Source of the DNA: an uncultured Poribacteria bacterium
Lineage (GTDB): Bacteria > Poribacteria > WGA-4E > WGA-3G
NCBI GenBank assembly: GCA_958296135.2
Contig: CATQHZ020000001.1
Coordinates: 4,512,001 to 4,576,000, forward strand
Length of the DNA stretch: 64,000 nucleotides
Direction: 5' to 3'
The notes under the pieces were generated by a model. That model saw only the letters and a list, made by a program, of their open reading frames with translations, did no database searches and was not told the origin of the DNA. Of the stretch, positions 19,901 through 28,992 are shown piece after piece; position 1 is the stretch's first letter; each line of letters starts with the position of its first letter. The position numbers and the translations under genes are program-made.

Positions 19901-20542
19901 GTGACAAACTGGCACCGCGCTTACATTCAAAACGCACAGCGCGAACTAGCACGCGGCACAACGCGCAAACAGAGCCACGCGCTGAACCTTAAGGCCGCTG
20001 GCAAAAAAGTCCTTGATGTCGGTTGCGGCGCGGGAAATCTTCTTACTGTCTTCGCTAACGATTCGCCCGAACTCCTCATCGGTGTTGATGTAGATGCGGT
20101 TTTCTTGGCACACTGTAAGCAAGTCGGCGTGCCATTGTTTCAAGCCGCGCTGCCACATTTGCCCTTCGCAGACGAAACGTTTGACCTGGTTACTTGTTTC
20201 CTCGTGATGCCGCATGTCCCCGATGACACAGAGGCGTTAAAGGCACTCGCGCGCATCTTGAAACCCGGCGGCACCCTCGCCATCTCTGGACACGGAATGG
20301 GGTTCCCACTCGGGCACCTGAAACGCTTGAAACCGAAACCGCTCCTCATGTATCTCGCCACCCTGATTTATAGCATTACCGGGAGAAAATGGATGCGTAA
20401 CACGCTGCAAAACGATAAGCAGATGTGCGATATTCTCAAGGGCATCGGTGTGGTACCGGAGATGCAGTTTTGCACGAAAAAGACGCTAGGGTGCGTCAGC
20501 ACGTATTGGATTCGGGGAACTAAGATTACCGGAAGAACGTAA
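19901..20542 (+). CDS. class I SAM-dependent methyltransferase
   Basis: VLDVGCGAG, LPFADETFDLV, RILKPGG. Confidence 0.9.
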   Translation: MTNWHRAYIQNAQRELARGTTRKQSHALNLKAAGKKVLDVGCGAGNLLTVFANDSPELLIGVDVDAVFLAHCKQVGVPLFQAALPHLPFADETFDLVTCFLVMPHVPDDTEALKALARILKPGGTLAISGHGMGFPLGHLKRLKPKPLLMYLATLIYSITGRKWMRNTLQNDKQMCDILKGIGVVPEMQFCTKKTLGCVSTYWIRGTKITGRT

Positions 20543-20598
20543 TGATGAACGACACAAGCCGCACTACATAACCTATGAGCATCTCGTCAAATGTAGAC

Positions 20599-21831
20599 TT
20601 ATCTGGAAACCTGTGCAAAGTCTACGAGTCTCTGTTCGGTCAGCGGTTTCCTGCTTCTTCCGCGCACACGCGGGTTCTGATGCCAGCCTACCAAAGTAGG
20701 TGTTACAGCATCTCCACAGGCGTTTTGGCTCTCCTCAGTGCTTGAGGCGAGCTGTCGAAGGTTTATAGCGGCGTTAACGTCTCTGTCCTCTACCAATCCG
20801 CAGATACCGCAGTGGTATTCTCTGTCCTTGAGCGTCAGTTTGAATTCGCCACGTTTGACGTCTCCACAGGAACTGCATCGCTGTGTTGACGGCCAGAACT
20901 TATCTGCCGACACAATGCGGATGCCGCGCCACACCGCCTTGTATTTGAGTTTGACGAGGAAGCCGCCAAGACTTGCATCGGCGAGTGCCTTGCTCAGCTT
21001 GCGGTTCTTCATCAAACCTTTCACGGTGAGGCTTTCAATCCCAAGTGCAGAGATGCCTTGCAGGATGCGATGTGTCACCTGATGATGGGCATCGGTTCTC
21101 ACATTGGCGATACGGGCATGCAGGCGGGCGAGGCGTTCCTTCGCCTTCCACCAGTTGCGGCTCAGGAACGTCTTGCGGGCGAGTGCCTTATTGGCGCGGC
21201 GTAGTTTGCGTTCATTGACGCGCAAGGCACGCGGATTTTCGTAGACAGTGCCATCGTCCATCGTGGCGAGGGCAGAGATGCCGACATCACAACCTGCGGC
21301 GGGCAGTGCTGACGTGTCGGGCGGTTCCGGGACATCAACGTCGACGAGGATGCTGAGATACCAACGATGTGCGATTCGCTTGACGAAAGCACGGCGAACT
21401 TCACCTGTCCATCGAGGCGGTTCATGCAACCTAACATTACCTATAATCGGAAGGACGACGTGTTTACCGTCCTCCGTCATTTTGACAGTATTGACACCAT
21501 TATCAATCTGGAACGCAGGGGCAGACTTATGCGTCTTCCGTTTGGGCGCACCATTCTGTCCCGATTTGTATCTGGCGATAGCATCACCGAAGGAGTGGAT
21601 AGCATTCTTGCCTGCGTTTTGAGAACACGCGGCGAATTCGGGGAACACCTCGCGCTTCCGTGAGTTGAAGATTTTCTTCAAATCGTAGAGAGAGTTACGG
21701 CGGTCGGCGTTCCAATCAGCATGCGCGGCATTATAGGCGGCGCGTGCGAATTGCACATGCAGGTTAAATGCCTCGACCTGTTCCTCAGTTGGATGGAGTG
21801 CTATCTTCTGGGCTCGTAGTGCCATAGGCAT
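20599..21831 (-). CDS. tnpB: RNA-guided endonuclease TnpB
   Basis: GCDVG / GIESL / DRDVNAAINL, CSSCG...CGICG; C-terminal tail runs over the omegaRNA region. Confidence 0.95.
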   Translation of the reverse strand: MPMALRAQKIALHPTEEQVEAFNLHVQFARAAYNAAHADWNADRRNSLYDLKKIFNSRKREVFPEFAACSQNAGKNAIHSFGDAIARYKSGQNGAPKRKTHKSAPAFQIDNGVNTVKMTEDGKHVVLPIIGNVRLHEPPRWTGEVRRAFVKRIAHRWYLSILVDVDVPEPPDTSALPAAGCDVGISALATMDDGTVYENPRALRVNERKLRRANKALARKTFLSRNWWKAKERLARLHARIANVRTDAHHQVTHRILQGISALGIESLTVKGLMKNRKLSKALADASLGGFLVKLKYKAVWRGIRIVSADKFWPSTQRCSSCGDVKRGEFKLTLKDREYHCGICGLVEDRDVNAAINLRQLASSTEESQNACGDAVTPTLVGWHQNPRVRGRSRKPLTEQRLVDFAQVSR

Positions 21832-21835
21832 CACC

Positions 21836-21929
21836 GTTCGCCGTTGTTTTTCCTTCCTACTAAGGTAAGGTGGAGGTGAGAGACACGGCGGGATGCCGCG
21901 CTTAGTAGGTCTCACCTCCCAACGGCAAC
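21836..21929 (-). ncRNA. structured 5' leader RNA of tnpB
   Basis: Four complementary segment pairs, including perfect 10-bp and 9-bp helices that cross each other. Confidence 0.55.
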
Positions 21930-21932
21930 TAT

Positions 21933-21961
21933 ATTATACCACAAATCCAAGCCGAATGCAA
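21933..21961 (-). promoter_or_regulatory. element-encoded promoter for tnpB
   Basis: TTGCAT-17 nt-TATAAT with extended -10 TG. Confidence 0.7.
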
Positions 21962-22005
21962 GTCAAAATGCACACTGCTAGATTAGGGTAGGTTATCCTA
22001 GTATC

Positions 22006-22845
22006 TCATAGAGTTATCGCCACTGCACCGAGCCCTAAAGCGACGCAGTAATATGAAAACACCGAGAATTTGCCGCGGTTGAGCATTATCAATAGAAACC
22101 GTAATGCGAGATAGCCCACAACAAACGAGGCCAGCATCCCACCGCCGATAATATGGAGAGGTATCGCGGTATCAACGACATCGCGCATTTTAAGCACCAC
22201 CGCGCCGAGGATGGCAGGAATAGAGAGCAGGAAGGAGTATTCCGCCGCCGTTTTCGCAGAAATTCCGCACAAGAGTGCTACCGAGATAGTCGCGCCTGAA
22301 CGCGAGATGCCGGGCGTAATCGCGCACCCTTGCGCAATGCCGATAAGCGGCGCATGCCACCACCGGAGTGATGTATCCGCTGCTCCTGGTCTGCCGCTGC
22401 CGTTTTTCCCGCAGACGCGCGTTGGAAGCGCGCCCTCGCGCCGCAGCCGAGGCAATTGGAGAACCCCGCCCGTGACAATTAACATCACACTCACCAGCCA
22501 CACCTTCTCAAAAGCGGATTCTAGCGTATCCTTAAACAGCACGGCGATGAGCCCCGTCGGCACTGAACCGAGCAAAATCAGCCCGATAAACTTCAGTTCA
22601 GGTTGCTGCAGGTCGCGCCGCGCAACGGCCGCAACACCGCCGCTTATTAAAGTGCCGATAGCACTACGATAGACGACGAGGACAGCGGCGAGCGTGCCAA
22701 CGTGAAGCATCACGTCAAAGAAGACGAGCGGTTCACTCAAGCCGAGGAACGCCTGCGCAAGGACAAGGTGCCCGGAACTGCTCACGGGCAAAAATTCGGT
22801 CGCGCCTTGTAAAATGCCGAGGAGAATTGCTTCAAGAAATGTCAT
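22006..22845 (-). CDS. uppP: undecaprenyl-diphosphate phosphatase (C-terminus supplied by the IS end)
   Basis: QGATEFLPVSSSGHL, LHVGT, PGISRSGATI, YSFLLSIPAILGA. Confidence 0.95.
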   Translation of the reverse strand: MTFLEAILLGILQGATEFLPVSSSGHLVLAQAFLGLSEPLVFFDVMLHVGTLAAVLVVYRSAIGTLISGGVAAVARRDLQQPELKFIGLILLGSVPTGLIAVLFKDTLESAFEKVWLVSVMLIVTGGVLQLPRLRREGALPTRVCGKNGSGRPGAADTSLRWWHAPLIGIAQGCAITPGISRSGATISVALLCGISAKTAAEYSFLLSIPAILGAVVLKMRDVVDTAIPLHIIGGGMLASFVVGYLALRFLLIMLNRGKFSVFSYYCVALGLGAVAITL

Positions 22846-23062
22846 CGTTTTTGTATTGTCGCCAAGCGTTCGGTTAGGTTTTCTCCGCAGGGCAGCCGTG
22901 TTTACGTATCGGGCTGACGCTGCGGATGCCTTCGCTAAGTCCAAGGTAATATCATAGCAGTTTTTGCAAAATTATGCCAGCACAATTACGCCCGTTCTCT
23001 ATTCGGGCATCGGGCGAATAGAGACATCCGCCCTTACAGAACAGTGGCGGCCTCAAAAAAGA

Positions 23063-23091
23063 TTGACACTATTCCTTATATATGCTAAAAT
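23063..23091 (+). promoter_or_regulatory. sigma-70 promoter
   Basis: TTGACA-17 nt-TAAAAT with extended -10 TG. Confidence 0.7.
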
Positions 23092-23121
23092 AGTATCAAT
23101 AAACTGAAGGAGGCATACAAT

Positions 23122-23898
23122 ATGCGCAGAAATCTAATTGTGTTCGGGCTTGCAGCGGTGTGCATTTTCGCTGTCAGCCTCGCATACGCCGTGGAAGAAG
23201 GCGACATCCTCGTTTACTACTCCTTTGATAAACTGAGTGGGAATACCTTCGAGGATGGCTCCGGCAACGGCAACGATGCAGAGTTAGTCGGTAAAGGTTC
23301 GCTAGTTGACGGGCCATTTAACAAGGCTGTCCATTTGAACGGCGGCATCGTCCAAATGGAGGCTAACGATTTTATCGTGCCTATCGGCGAGAAGGGCGAA
23401 ATCACGATGGAGGCCTGGTTCTACCTGAACGAGCACGCCTCTTACGACGGTATCATCTCCATTGAAGCCGCAGCCGGCGGCTGTTGCGAATTCCGCACGA
23501 TGGTGAACCCGGGCTTCAATCCGTTCTGGGATGCCGGGCACCACGCCGATAAACAGTTGGGCAACTTCCAATTTGAAGAGGACGAATGGTATCACTACGT
23601 GTTAGTCGCCGATGGCAAAGACGGGAAAATTTACGTCAACGGCGAATTTATCGGGGCGCAGCCGGAGAATTTCAAATGGCCGAAGTTCAAAGAGGCAGCG
23701 ATTTACATCGGCGCAGGTGAAAACCCAAACCTTCACAAAGTGGAGGACGCGATTATTGACGAAGTCGTCATCTACGCCAAAGCGTTGACGGAAGACGAGG
23801 TTCGCGCTTCAATGGAGCTGAGCGTGCCGGTTGTGCTCGCTGTTGAGGCGAACGACAAACTGGCAGTTACGTGGGGCTCCTTGAAATCCCGTTTTTAA
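23122..23898 (+). CDS. secreted LamG-like protein
   Basis: Signal peptide, YYSFD, ITMEAWF, WYHYV, IIDEV.IYAKALT, C-terminal KLAVTWGSLK; RBS AAGGAGG. Confidence 0.92.
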   Translation: MRRNLIVFGLAAVCIFAVSLAYAVEEGDILVYYSFDKLSGNTFEDGSGNGNDAELVGKGSLVDGPFNKAVHLNGGIVQMEANDFIVPIGEKGEITMEAWFYLNEHASYDGIISIEAAAGGCCEFRTMVNPGFNPFWDAGHHADKQLGNFQFEEDEWYHYVLVADGKDGKIYVNGEFIGAQPENFKWPKFKEAAIYIGAGENPNLHKVEDAIIDEVVIYAKALTEDEVRASMELSVPVVLAVEANDKLAVTWGSLKSRF

Positions 23899-24016
23899 AG
23901 TCCCGAATCATGGCAAATGCCTTTATGCAGGGCAGCATCACCTGCCCTGCTCTGCTTAGGCTCGGACGAGCCCGAAATACAAACGGAAATTGTTGTGAGA
24001 CTAGCGAGGAGACATT

Positions 24017-24418
24017 ATGAAATTCGGATTTTTATCCAAAATTTTTGAAGGGGCCTTGAGCATTGAAAAAACATACAACGAATGCGACAAGGCACTCAGC
24101 GAACTGAGGGCATACAATCAGAAACGGAAGGCGGCGAATGGCACCCTATCCCCCGAAGAAAAGGCGGAATTGGATGCAGTCGTCAACACCGCGATTGAGA
24201 ATGCCACCCGCATCATTGATAAAGAAGGCGAACGGCAGTGGCCAGGTGTCTTTCGGGAAATGCACAAGAACCTGGCGGACATCTATTTGGAACTAGACCG
24301 GCACGATAAGGTGCGCGAGGCGTGTGAACGTCTGCAGGCCTACGGGACGGTGGGCAAGCAATTCGCCGACGAAGTGATGCAGAGTCTCAACGAGAAAGAG
24401 GAAAACGAGTCTGCATAG
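24017..24418 (+). CDS. hypothetical alpha-helical (TPR-like) protein
   Basis: RBS GAGGAG; helical pattern MHKNLADIYLELDR. Confidence 0.75.
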   Translation: MKFGFLSKIFEGALSIEKTYNECDKALSELRAYNQKRKAANGTLSPEEKAELDAVVNTAIENATRIIDKEGERQWPGVFREMHKNLADIYLELDRHDKVREACERLQAYGTVGKQFADEVMQSLNEKEENESA

Positions 24419-24419
24419 G

Positions 24420-26414
24420 GTGGGCGAAATGGAATTCCTGAACCCTGCCGCGTTCTATCTGCTAGGCACGATTCCGATTGTCGTGGCACTCCATTTCCTG
24501 AAACTGCGCCGCCGTGCCTACCGCGTACCGAGCCTCATGCTGTGGCACACCATCGCTGAAGATAGGCAAGCCAATGTCCCCTTCCAACGCCTCCGGCACA
24601 TCTTGCTGCCGCTGCTGCAGATGCTATTTTTGTTGATGCTGACGCTGAGCGTGGCGCGTCCCGCCGTGCGCCGCGCAGGGTTCATGCACGGAAAAGCGAT
24701 TCTCATCGTTGACAATTCCGCCAGCATGCAGTCAAATGAACTGGGACAGACACGGCTTAAAATGGCGAAGCAGGCGGCCCAAGAACTTATCCAGCAGATT
24801 TCCGCGAGCGGCGGCATGATGGTGCTAGTAACGCACGCCGCCGAAACGCATATCCAACAAGCGTTCACCACAGATATGGCACAGCTGCGCCGTGCGATAG
24901 AAACTATCGCGCCCACCGCCGCTGTCGGGAGTCCGCGTGCCGTCTTCGATGCCGCCGCGCACTACGCAGATTCATCCCAAGATAAAGTCTTCTTTATCAG
25001 CGATAATTTCAAGACGCTTCCCGATACTGCCTTGCCGCTCCATAGAATCGGTGTCGGCACTGAAGCGGAGAACATCGGCATCGTGCAATTCAGTGTGGAA
25101 ATGGCGAACACCCCTCGCGGCAAAGCGTATACCCTCCTCGCGGGCATTCAGAATTTCACCGATACCGACAGAGAGGTGAAGGCCTCACTAGCATTAGCCG
25201 CTCCTTTAAACACTAGCACCAAGAACGTAGGCATCGCCAACGGTGATGACGGCTCCCGCAGAGAGAGTTTCTTTGCTCAAGAAACCCTTACCGAACGCCT
25301 CGCGAACTACGAAAAACCTTTTGATGACAAGGTTGTCTCCATCCCAGCAGGGCGAACGCAATCGGTGCTGTTTTCTGGCGATGCAGCAGGGTTGGAGGGA
25401 CAGGTTATCAGCGTCCGCCTTGAACTCACAGACGATTTTCCGCTGGATAACACTGTATCCTCGCTCCTCCTTCCGCGGCCGCCGCTCCACATCCTACTCG
25501 TCAGCGACAGGGAGCTCTCTCTGCTGACGCACCTTTTGAAAACGCACGGAGAACATGTGGAAGCGCGCCAGGTTTCCACAGATGCTTATCACGGCAGCGG
25601 CGATGCAGATGTCACCCTTTTCGACAGGTTTTCGCCTGAAAACGTCCCGACAGGGAACGTTATTTTTCTCAATCCGCGCGAGACATTGCCATTTGGGACA
25701 GACGTTGAAACGGACACCGCCGCCGCGCGCGTGATTTCAGAAGATAAAACGCACCCGCTCATGCAAGGTGTATCACTGATAGGGCTGCAGGTGAGCGAAG
25801 CATCGCACAGGGAATTGCCTATCTGGGGACGTTCGCTTGTGGAAACGGAGAAGGGTTCCCTGATCTGGGCTGGCACTGAGGCTGATAGGCAGATTCTCGT
25901 CTTTGAGTTCGATGCCTTCACGCCGGAAATCTCTGCCTTCGCGCTGACTATCCCGGCAGCACCGCTGTTTATTTATCACACTTTGGCGTGGTTTGAAGCG
26001 GGGACAGCACCCATTCAGCCGCTTTCGGACAGATATGGACAGCAGGCCTTACGTCACGCCTTCCGCACCGGCGAAAGTTTGAGGATGGCGTTTCCGTCAA
26101 CGGCGCGCATTCACGTACAGAAACCTGATGATACCCGAATTGAAGTGGACACCGGCGTGTTTACGCAAACAGACATGACAGGCATTTATACCGTTTTGGT
26201 TGAAGATACGCCGGTTGAACGCTTCACGGTAAACTTACTTGACGCGGCGGAGTCTACACTCTCACCACCCCTCACCACATCAGCAGAGACAGAACGGGCA
26301 ACTACGGACGCGCCTTTGCAACCTGTCACGCAGGAGGTGTGGCGGTGGCCGGCGGTTTTGGCGTTCGCGCTGCTGCTGCTGGAGTGGGGAGTTTATCACC
26401 GAAAATCTGAATAG
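24420..26414 (+). CDS. BatA N-terminal + vWA domain membrane protein
   Basis: FLNP...IPIVVALHFLK, MIDAS motif VDNSASM, FISD, C-terminal TM LLLLEW. Confidence 0.88.
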   Translation: MGEMEFLNPAAFYLLGTIPIVVALHFLKLRRRAYRVPSLMLWHTIAEDRQANVPFQRLRHILLPLLQMLFLLMLTLSVARPAVRRAGFMHGKAILIVDNSASMQSNELGQTRLKMAKQAAQELIQQISASGGMMVLVTHAAETHIQQAFTTDMAQLRRAIETIAPTAAVGSPRAVFDAAAHYADSSQDKVFFISDNFKTLPDTALPLHRIGVGTEAENIGIVQFSVEMANTPRGKAYTLLAGIQNFTDTDREVKASLALAAPLNTSTKNVGIANGDDGSRRESFFAQETLTERLANYEKPFDDKVVSIPAGRTQSVLFSGDAAGLEGQVISVRLELTDDFPLDNTVSSLLLPRPPLHILLVSDRELSLLTHLLKTHGEHVEARQVSTDAYHGSGDADVTLFDRFSPENVPTGNVIFLNPRETLPFGTDVETDTAAARVISEDKTHPLMQGVSLIGLQVSEASHRELPIWGRSLVETEKGSLIWAGTEADRQILVFEFDAFTPEISAFALTIPAAPLFIYHTLAWFEAGTAPIQPLSDRYGQQALRHAFRTGESLRMAFPSTARIHVQKPDDTRIEVDTGVFTQTDMTGIYTVLVEDTPVERFTVNLLDAAESTLSPPLTTSAETERATTDAPLQPVTQEVWRWPAVLAFALLLLEWGVYHRKSE

Positions 26415-26465
26415 GAACACGGGCGGATCTGAACGAAATCCGCCCTTACGATGGAGACATCCGCC

Positions 26466-27062
26466 TTAATGTGCCTCAACGCTTATCAATGCGAGGATCT
26501 CCTCAACCAATACCGCTTTCTGCTTCGCGCCGATAAAACTGCCAACAACCTCCCCGTTTTGGAATACGATGTAGGTAGGCGTTGCCCGAATCTCATATTC
26601 TGCAGTTTTCGCCGGCTGGGTGTTGACATCCAACTTGACGACAGCGAACGTCTCGCGATGCTCTGCCGCCACTTCCGCTACAATCGGCTTCATCAACTGG
26701 CACCATCCGCAGAACTCCGATTTGAATTCAACAACGATCGGACGTTCAGAACCTAACACAACGCTGTCAAACGTCGCATCGGTGACTTCAAACGGGATGC
26801 CGGAAGTTTCGCCGAAATGCCTCGCAACCAGCACCAAGTCTAGGATATTGACGATGTCGTCACCATTCAGGTCTGGGTTGGGGCTCTCATCCGCAGTGGA
26901 TGTCTCGCCAAAGTGCGCGGCGACGAGCGTCAAATCGAGGCCATCTATCATTCCATCGGCATTCAAATCGAGGCGCGCGACGTTGGCATCATCCGCGTAA
27001 CTTGTGCTTAACATTCCTAACGTAAAACTGAGCGTTAGGAAAAAATAAATTAAGGTTTTCAT
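26466..27062 (-). CDS. secreted thioredoxin with N-terminal dockerin-like Ca-binding repeats
   Basis: Signal peptide; DLNADGMIDGLDL and DLNGDDIVNILDL; CGWC; IRATPT. Confidence 0.88.
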   Translation of the reverse strand: MKTLIYFFLTLSFTLGMLSTSYADDANVARLDLNADGMIDGLDLTLVAAHFGETSTADESPNPDLNGDDIVNILDLVLVARHFGETSGIPFEVTDATFDSVVLGSERPIVVEFKSEFCGWCQLMKPIVAEVAAEHRETFAVVKLDVNTQPAKTAEYEIRATPTYIVFQNGEVVGSFIGAKQKAVLVEEILALISVEAH

Positions 27063-27167
27063 CGTTAGGTTTTCTCCATTTTTACACGGCGAGGGACAGA
27101 CCCTCGCACAAGGTTTTCATCGTTAGGTTTTCTCCATTTTTACACGGCGAGGGACAGACCCTCGCAC
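27052..27167. repeat. perfect 58-bp tandem duplication (REP + RBS + start of the thioredoxin gene)
   Basis: 27052-27109 is identical to 27110-27167. Confidence 0.9.
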
Positions 27168-28219
27168 TACGAACAGCGAGCAAGAACGGACGAGCCAAAG
27201 TGCTCGTGCCACTCCTTGATTGCCGCTGGAATAGCTTGGAGGTTTTCAATCGTGGTTTGGAGCGGGATGGCGCACTCCGGGCCGATGAGCGGCACGCCTG
27301 CCTCCAGATTTCTCACAACCTCCGCTTTCACGTCCTCCGGCTCCTTCGCAAACAAAGTCTCGGGGTTATTGATATTGCCGACGAGGGCAATCCGATCCTG
27401 AACAATGTCCATCGATTCCTGTGGTTTGTTTTTGGAATCGTAGTGGAAGGCAGCCATCCCGGTTTGCGCGATGTATTCCATCCTATCAACGGTGCGGCCA
27501 CAGATGTGCAAGATCAGCGGAATCGGAATGCGTTCGACAAATTCAATGTGCAGGTCGCGGAGGTAGCGGTGGTAGTACTCGCCGCTGACTAGGTCCCCGG
27601 TGGCGTGGTCTGGGAGAGTGAGCGCATCCGCGCCTGCCTCAATCTGCGCAATGCCGAACTGCACAGTGGCTTCCTTCATCCGGTCTAACGCGAGTTTGGT
27701 TTTGCCCGGGTCATCGAGAGACAACAACAAGAAGGGCTCCACGCCGAAGCAGTGGTATCCGAGCGACCAGGGCCCCATCGTCTTCCCAATCACGACGACT
27801 TCATCGCCGTATTCCTGCTTCAGAATCTTAATCGCATCCAACACGCATCGCGTATCCGGGTGCGTCAAGAAATCGTCAGGAATTTTGATATCGTCTACAT
27901 CTTCCCAAATCGGCTCGCGCATCCGCACCGTCGGCCAGTTATCCTTTTGCTCCCACTGAATGCTGCAACCGAGGGCACTCGATTCTTGGACGATGGTGAA
28001 GACCGGCATGATGGTATCAAAGCCGAGCTCGGTATAGCCGGTAGCAGCAAGGCGCGCCATCAATTCAGGTTCGCGATTCGCTTGCGGGAAAGGCGCATCC
28101 ACCAGATCCATCAACTCCACCGTGGCGACAGAAGTCGGGTTACAGACAGGTGTCCGGTCAGTAGGTTCGTTGCGAAGTGCGGCAAGCACGCGTTCGCGGC
28201 CGGTCATCGATTTTTGCAT
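27167..28219 (-). CDS. MtaA/CmuA-family methyltransferase (uroporphyrinogen decarboxylase superfamily)
   Basis: MTGRERVLAAL, MGPWSL, QIEAGAD, ILHICG, LVGNI, GPEC. Confidence 0.88.
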   Translation of the reverse strand: MQKSMTGRERVLAALRNEPTDRTPVCNPTSVATVELMDLVDAPFPQANREPELMARLAATGYTELGFDTIMPVFTIVQESSALGCSIQWEQKDNWPTVRMREPIWEDVDDIKIPDDFLTHPDTRCVLDAIKILKQEYGDEVVVIGKTMGPWSLGYHCFGVEPFLLLSLDDPGKTKLALDRMKEATVQFGIAQIEAGADALTLPDHATGDLVSGEYYHRYLRDLHIEFVERIPIPLILHICGRTVDRMEYIAQTGMAAFHYDSKNKPQESMDIVQDRIALVGNINNPETLFAKEPEDVKAEVVRNLEAGVPLIGPECAIPLQTTIENLQAIPAAIKEWHEHFGSSVLARCS

Positions 28220-28230
28220 CTTCGGTTACC

Positions 28231-28866
28231 TCATAACTGTTGGCTCGGCGCGGCGAGGACACCGCGTGCCGCTTCCATCTCCGCCTCACGGAGGACGACA
28301 CGGACGTTCGGCGCGCGGACTAACAGCAATCCCACTAGTGCGTCGTGCGGATGCCCACACGCGAAAGCGACGGTGTCACTGCTGTCTTCAACACGTGCCA
28401 TCTCTCCCAATTTCATCAGGCCCCCAGCAATAGCCGAGACCCGCCGTGCAGCACCGCGTCCCTCGCCTTCTGCCGCAACACGATAGATGCCGGTTCCAAC
28501 AGAATCCACCGTGATAGTCAGCCGCGATTTCTTATCTAGCGTTTGCAAAGGACGCTGTTCAATCGGGCTACCCTGGGCGAATTTGCATGCCGCTAAAAAG
28601 ACGCGCCGGCACGCCGCTTCATGTCCCGCACCGCAGTGAAAACAGAGCCGTCCATCCGGCGTTTCTTGCATGCCGCCAAGCGTTTTCATCGCCTGCACGA
28701 TGGACTGAACCCGTTCGTGCGAGCCTTCAACTCGGCTGTAGGTATGCACGAGGAAGGCGGGCTTGCCATCGCGTTGCTGGCGGTATAACGCGAGGGTGAT
28801 GTCATAGAAATGCAGATCGATCGGCACAAGTTCAATGCGCCTCCCGATGTCAACGACGCGTCTCAT
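28231..28866 (-). CDS. conserved hypothetical protein
   Basis: Co-oriented and tightly linked to the mtaA-like gene; two CG..H motifs. Confidence 0.75.
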   Translation of the reverse strand: MRRVVDIGRRIELVPIDLHFYDITLALYRQQRDGKPAFLVHTYSRVEGSHERVQSIVQAMKTLGGMQETPDGRLCFHCGAGHEAACRRVFLAACKFAQGSPIEQRPLQTLDKKSRLTITVDSVGTGIYRVAAEGEGRGAARRVSAIAGGLMKLGEMARVEDSSDTVAFACGHPHDALVGLLLVRAPNVRVVLREAEMEAARGVLAAPSQQL

Positions 28867-28992
28867 AGTTTTGGATTTCCTAGCGGTTGTTTGGCTTCTC
28901 CTTGGCTGAGAGAATTCAACGTTATTAGGTTTACGGCGAACGAGCCGGCTAGGCGCGCGTCCAAAGCACGCCTACCCGGCAAAAATCGCGCA

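Larger units (their letters stand above)
20559..22032 (-). mobile_element. non-autonomous IS607-like TnpB element (second type, 1474 bp) inserted in the 3' end of uppP
   Basis: RE ...ATAGGTTATGTAGTGCGG; LE and RE share the motif ATAAC(T)CTATGAG; GG(CT) at both junctions; excision restores the uppP frame. Confidence 0.8.

Noticed and set aside
20559-22032. IStron (group I intron + TnpB)
   Set aside because: Only about 200 nt lie between LE and tnpB, mostly end motifs, promoter and a 94-nt leader; no recognisable group I core. The same applies to the other two elements.
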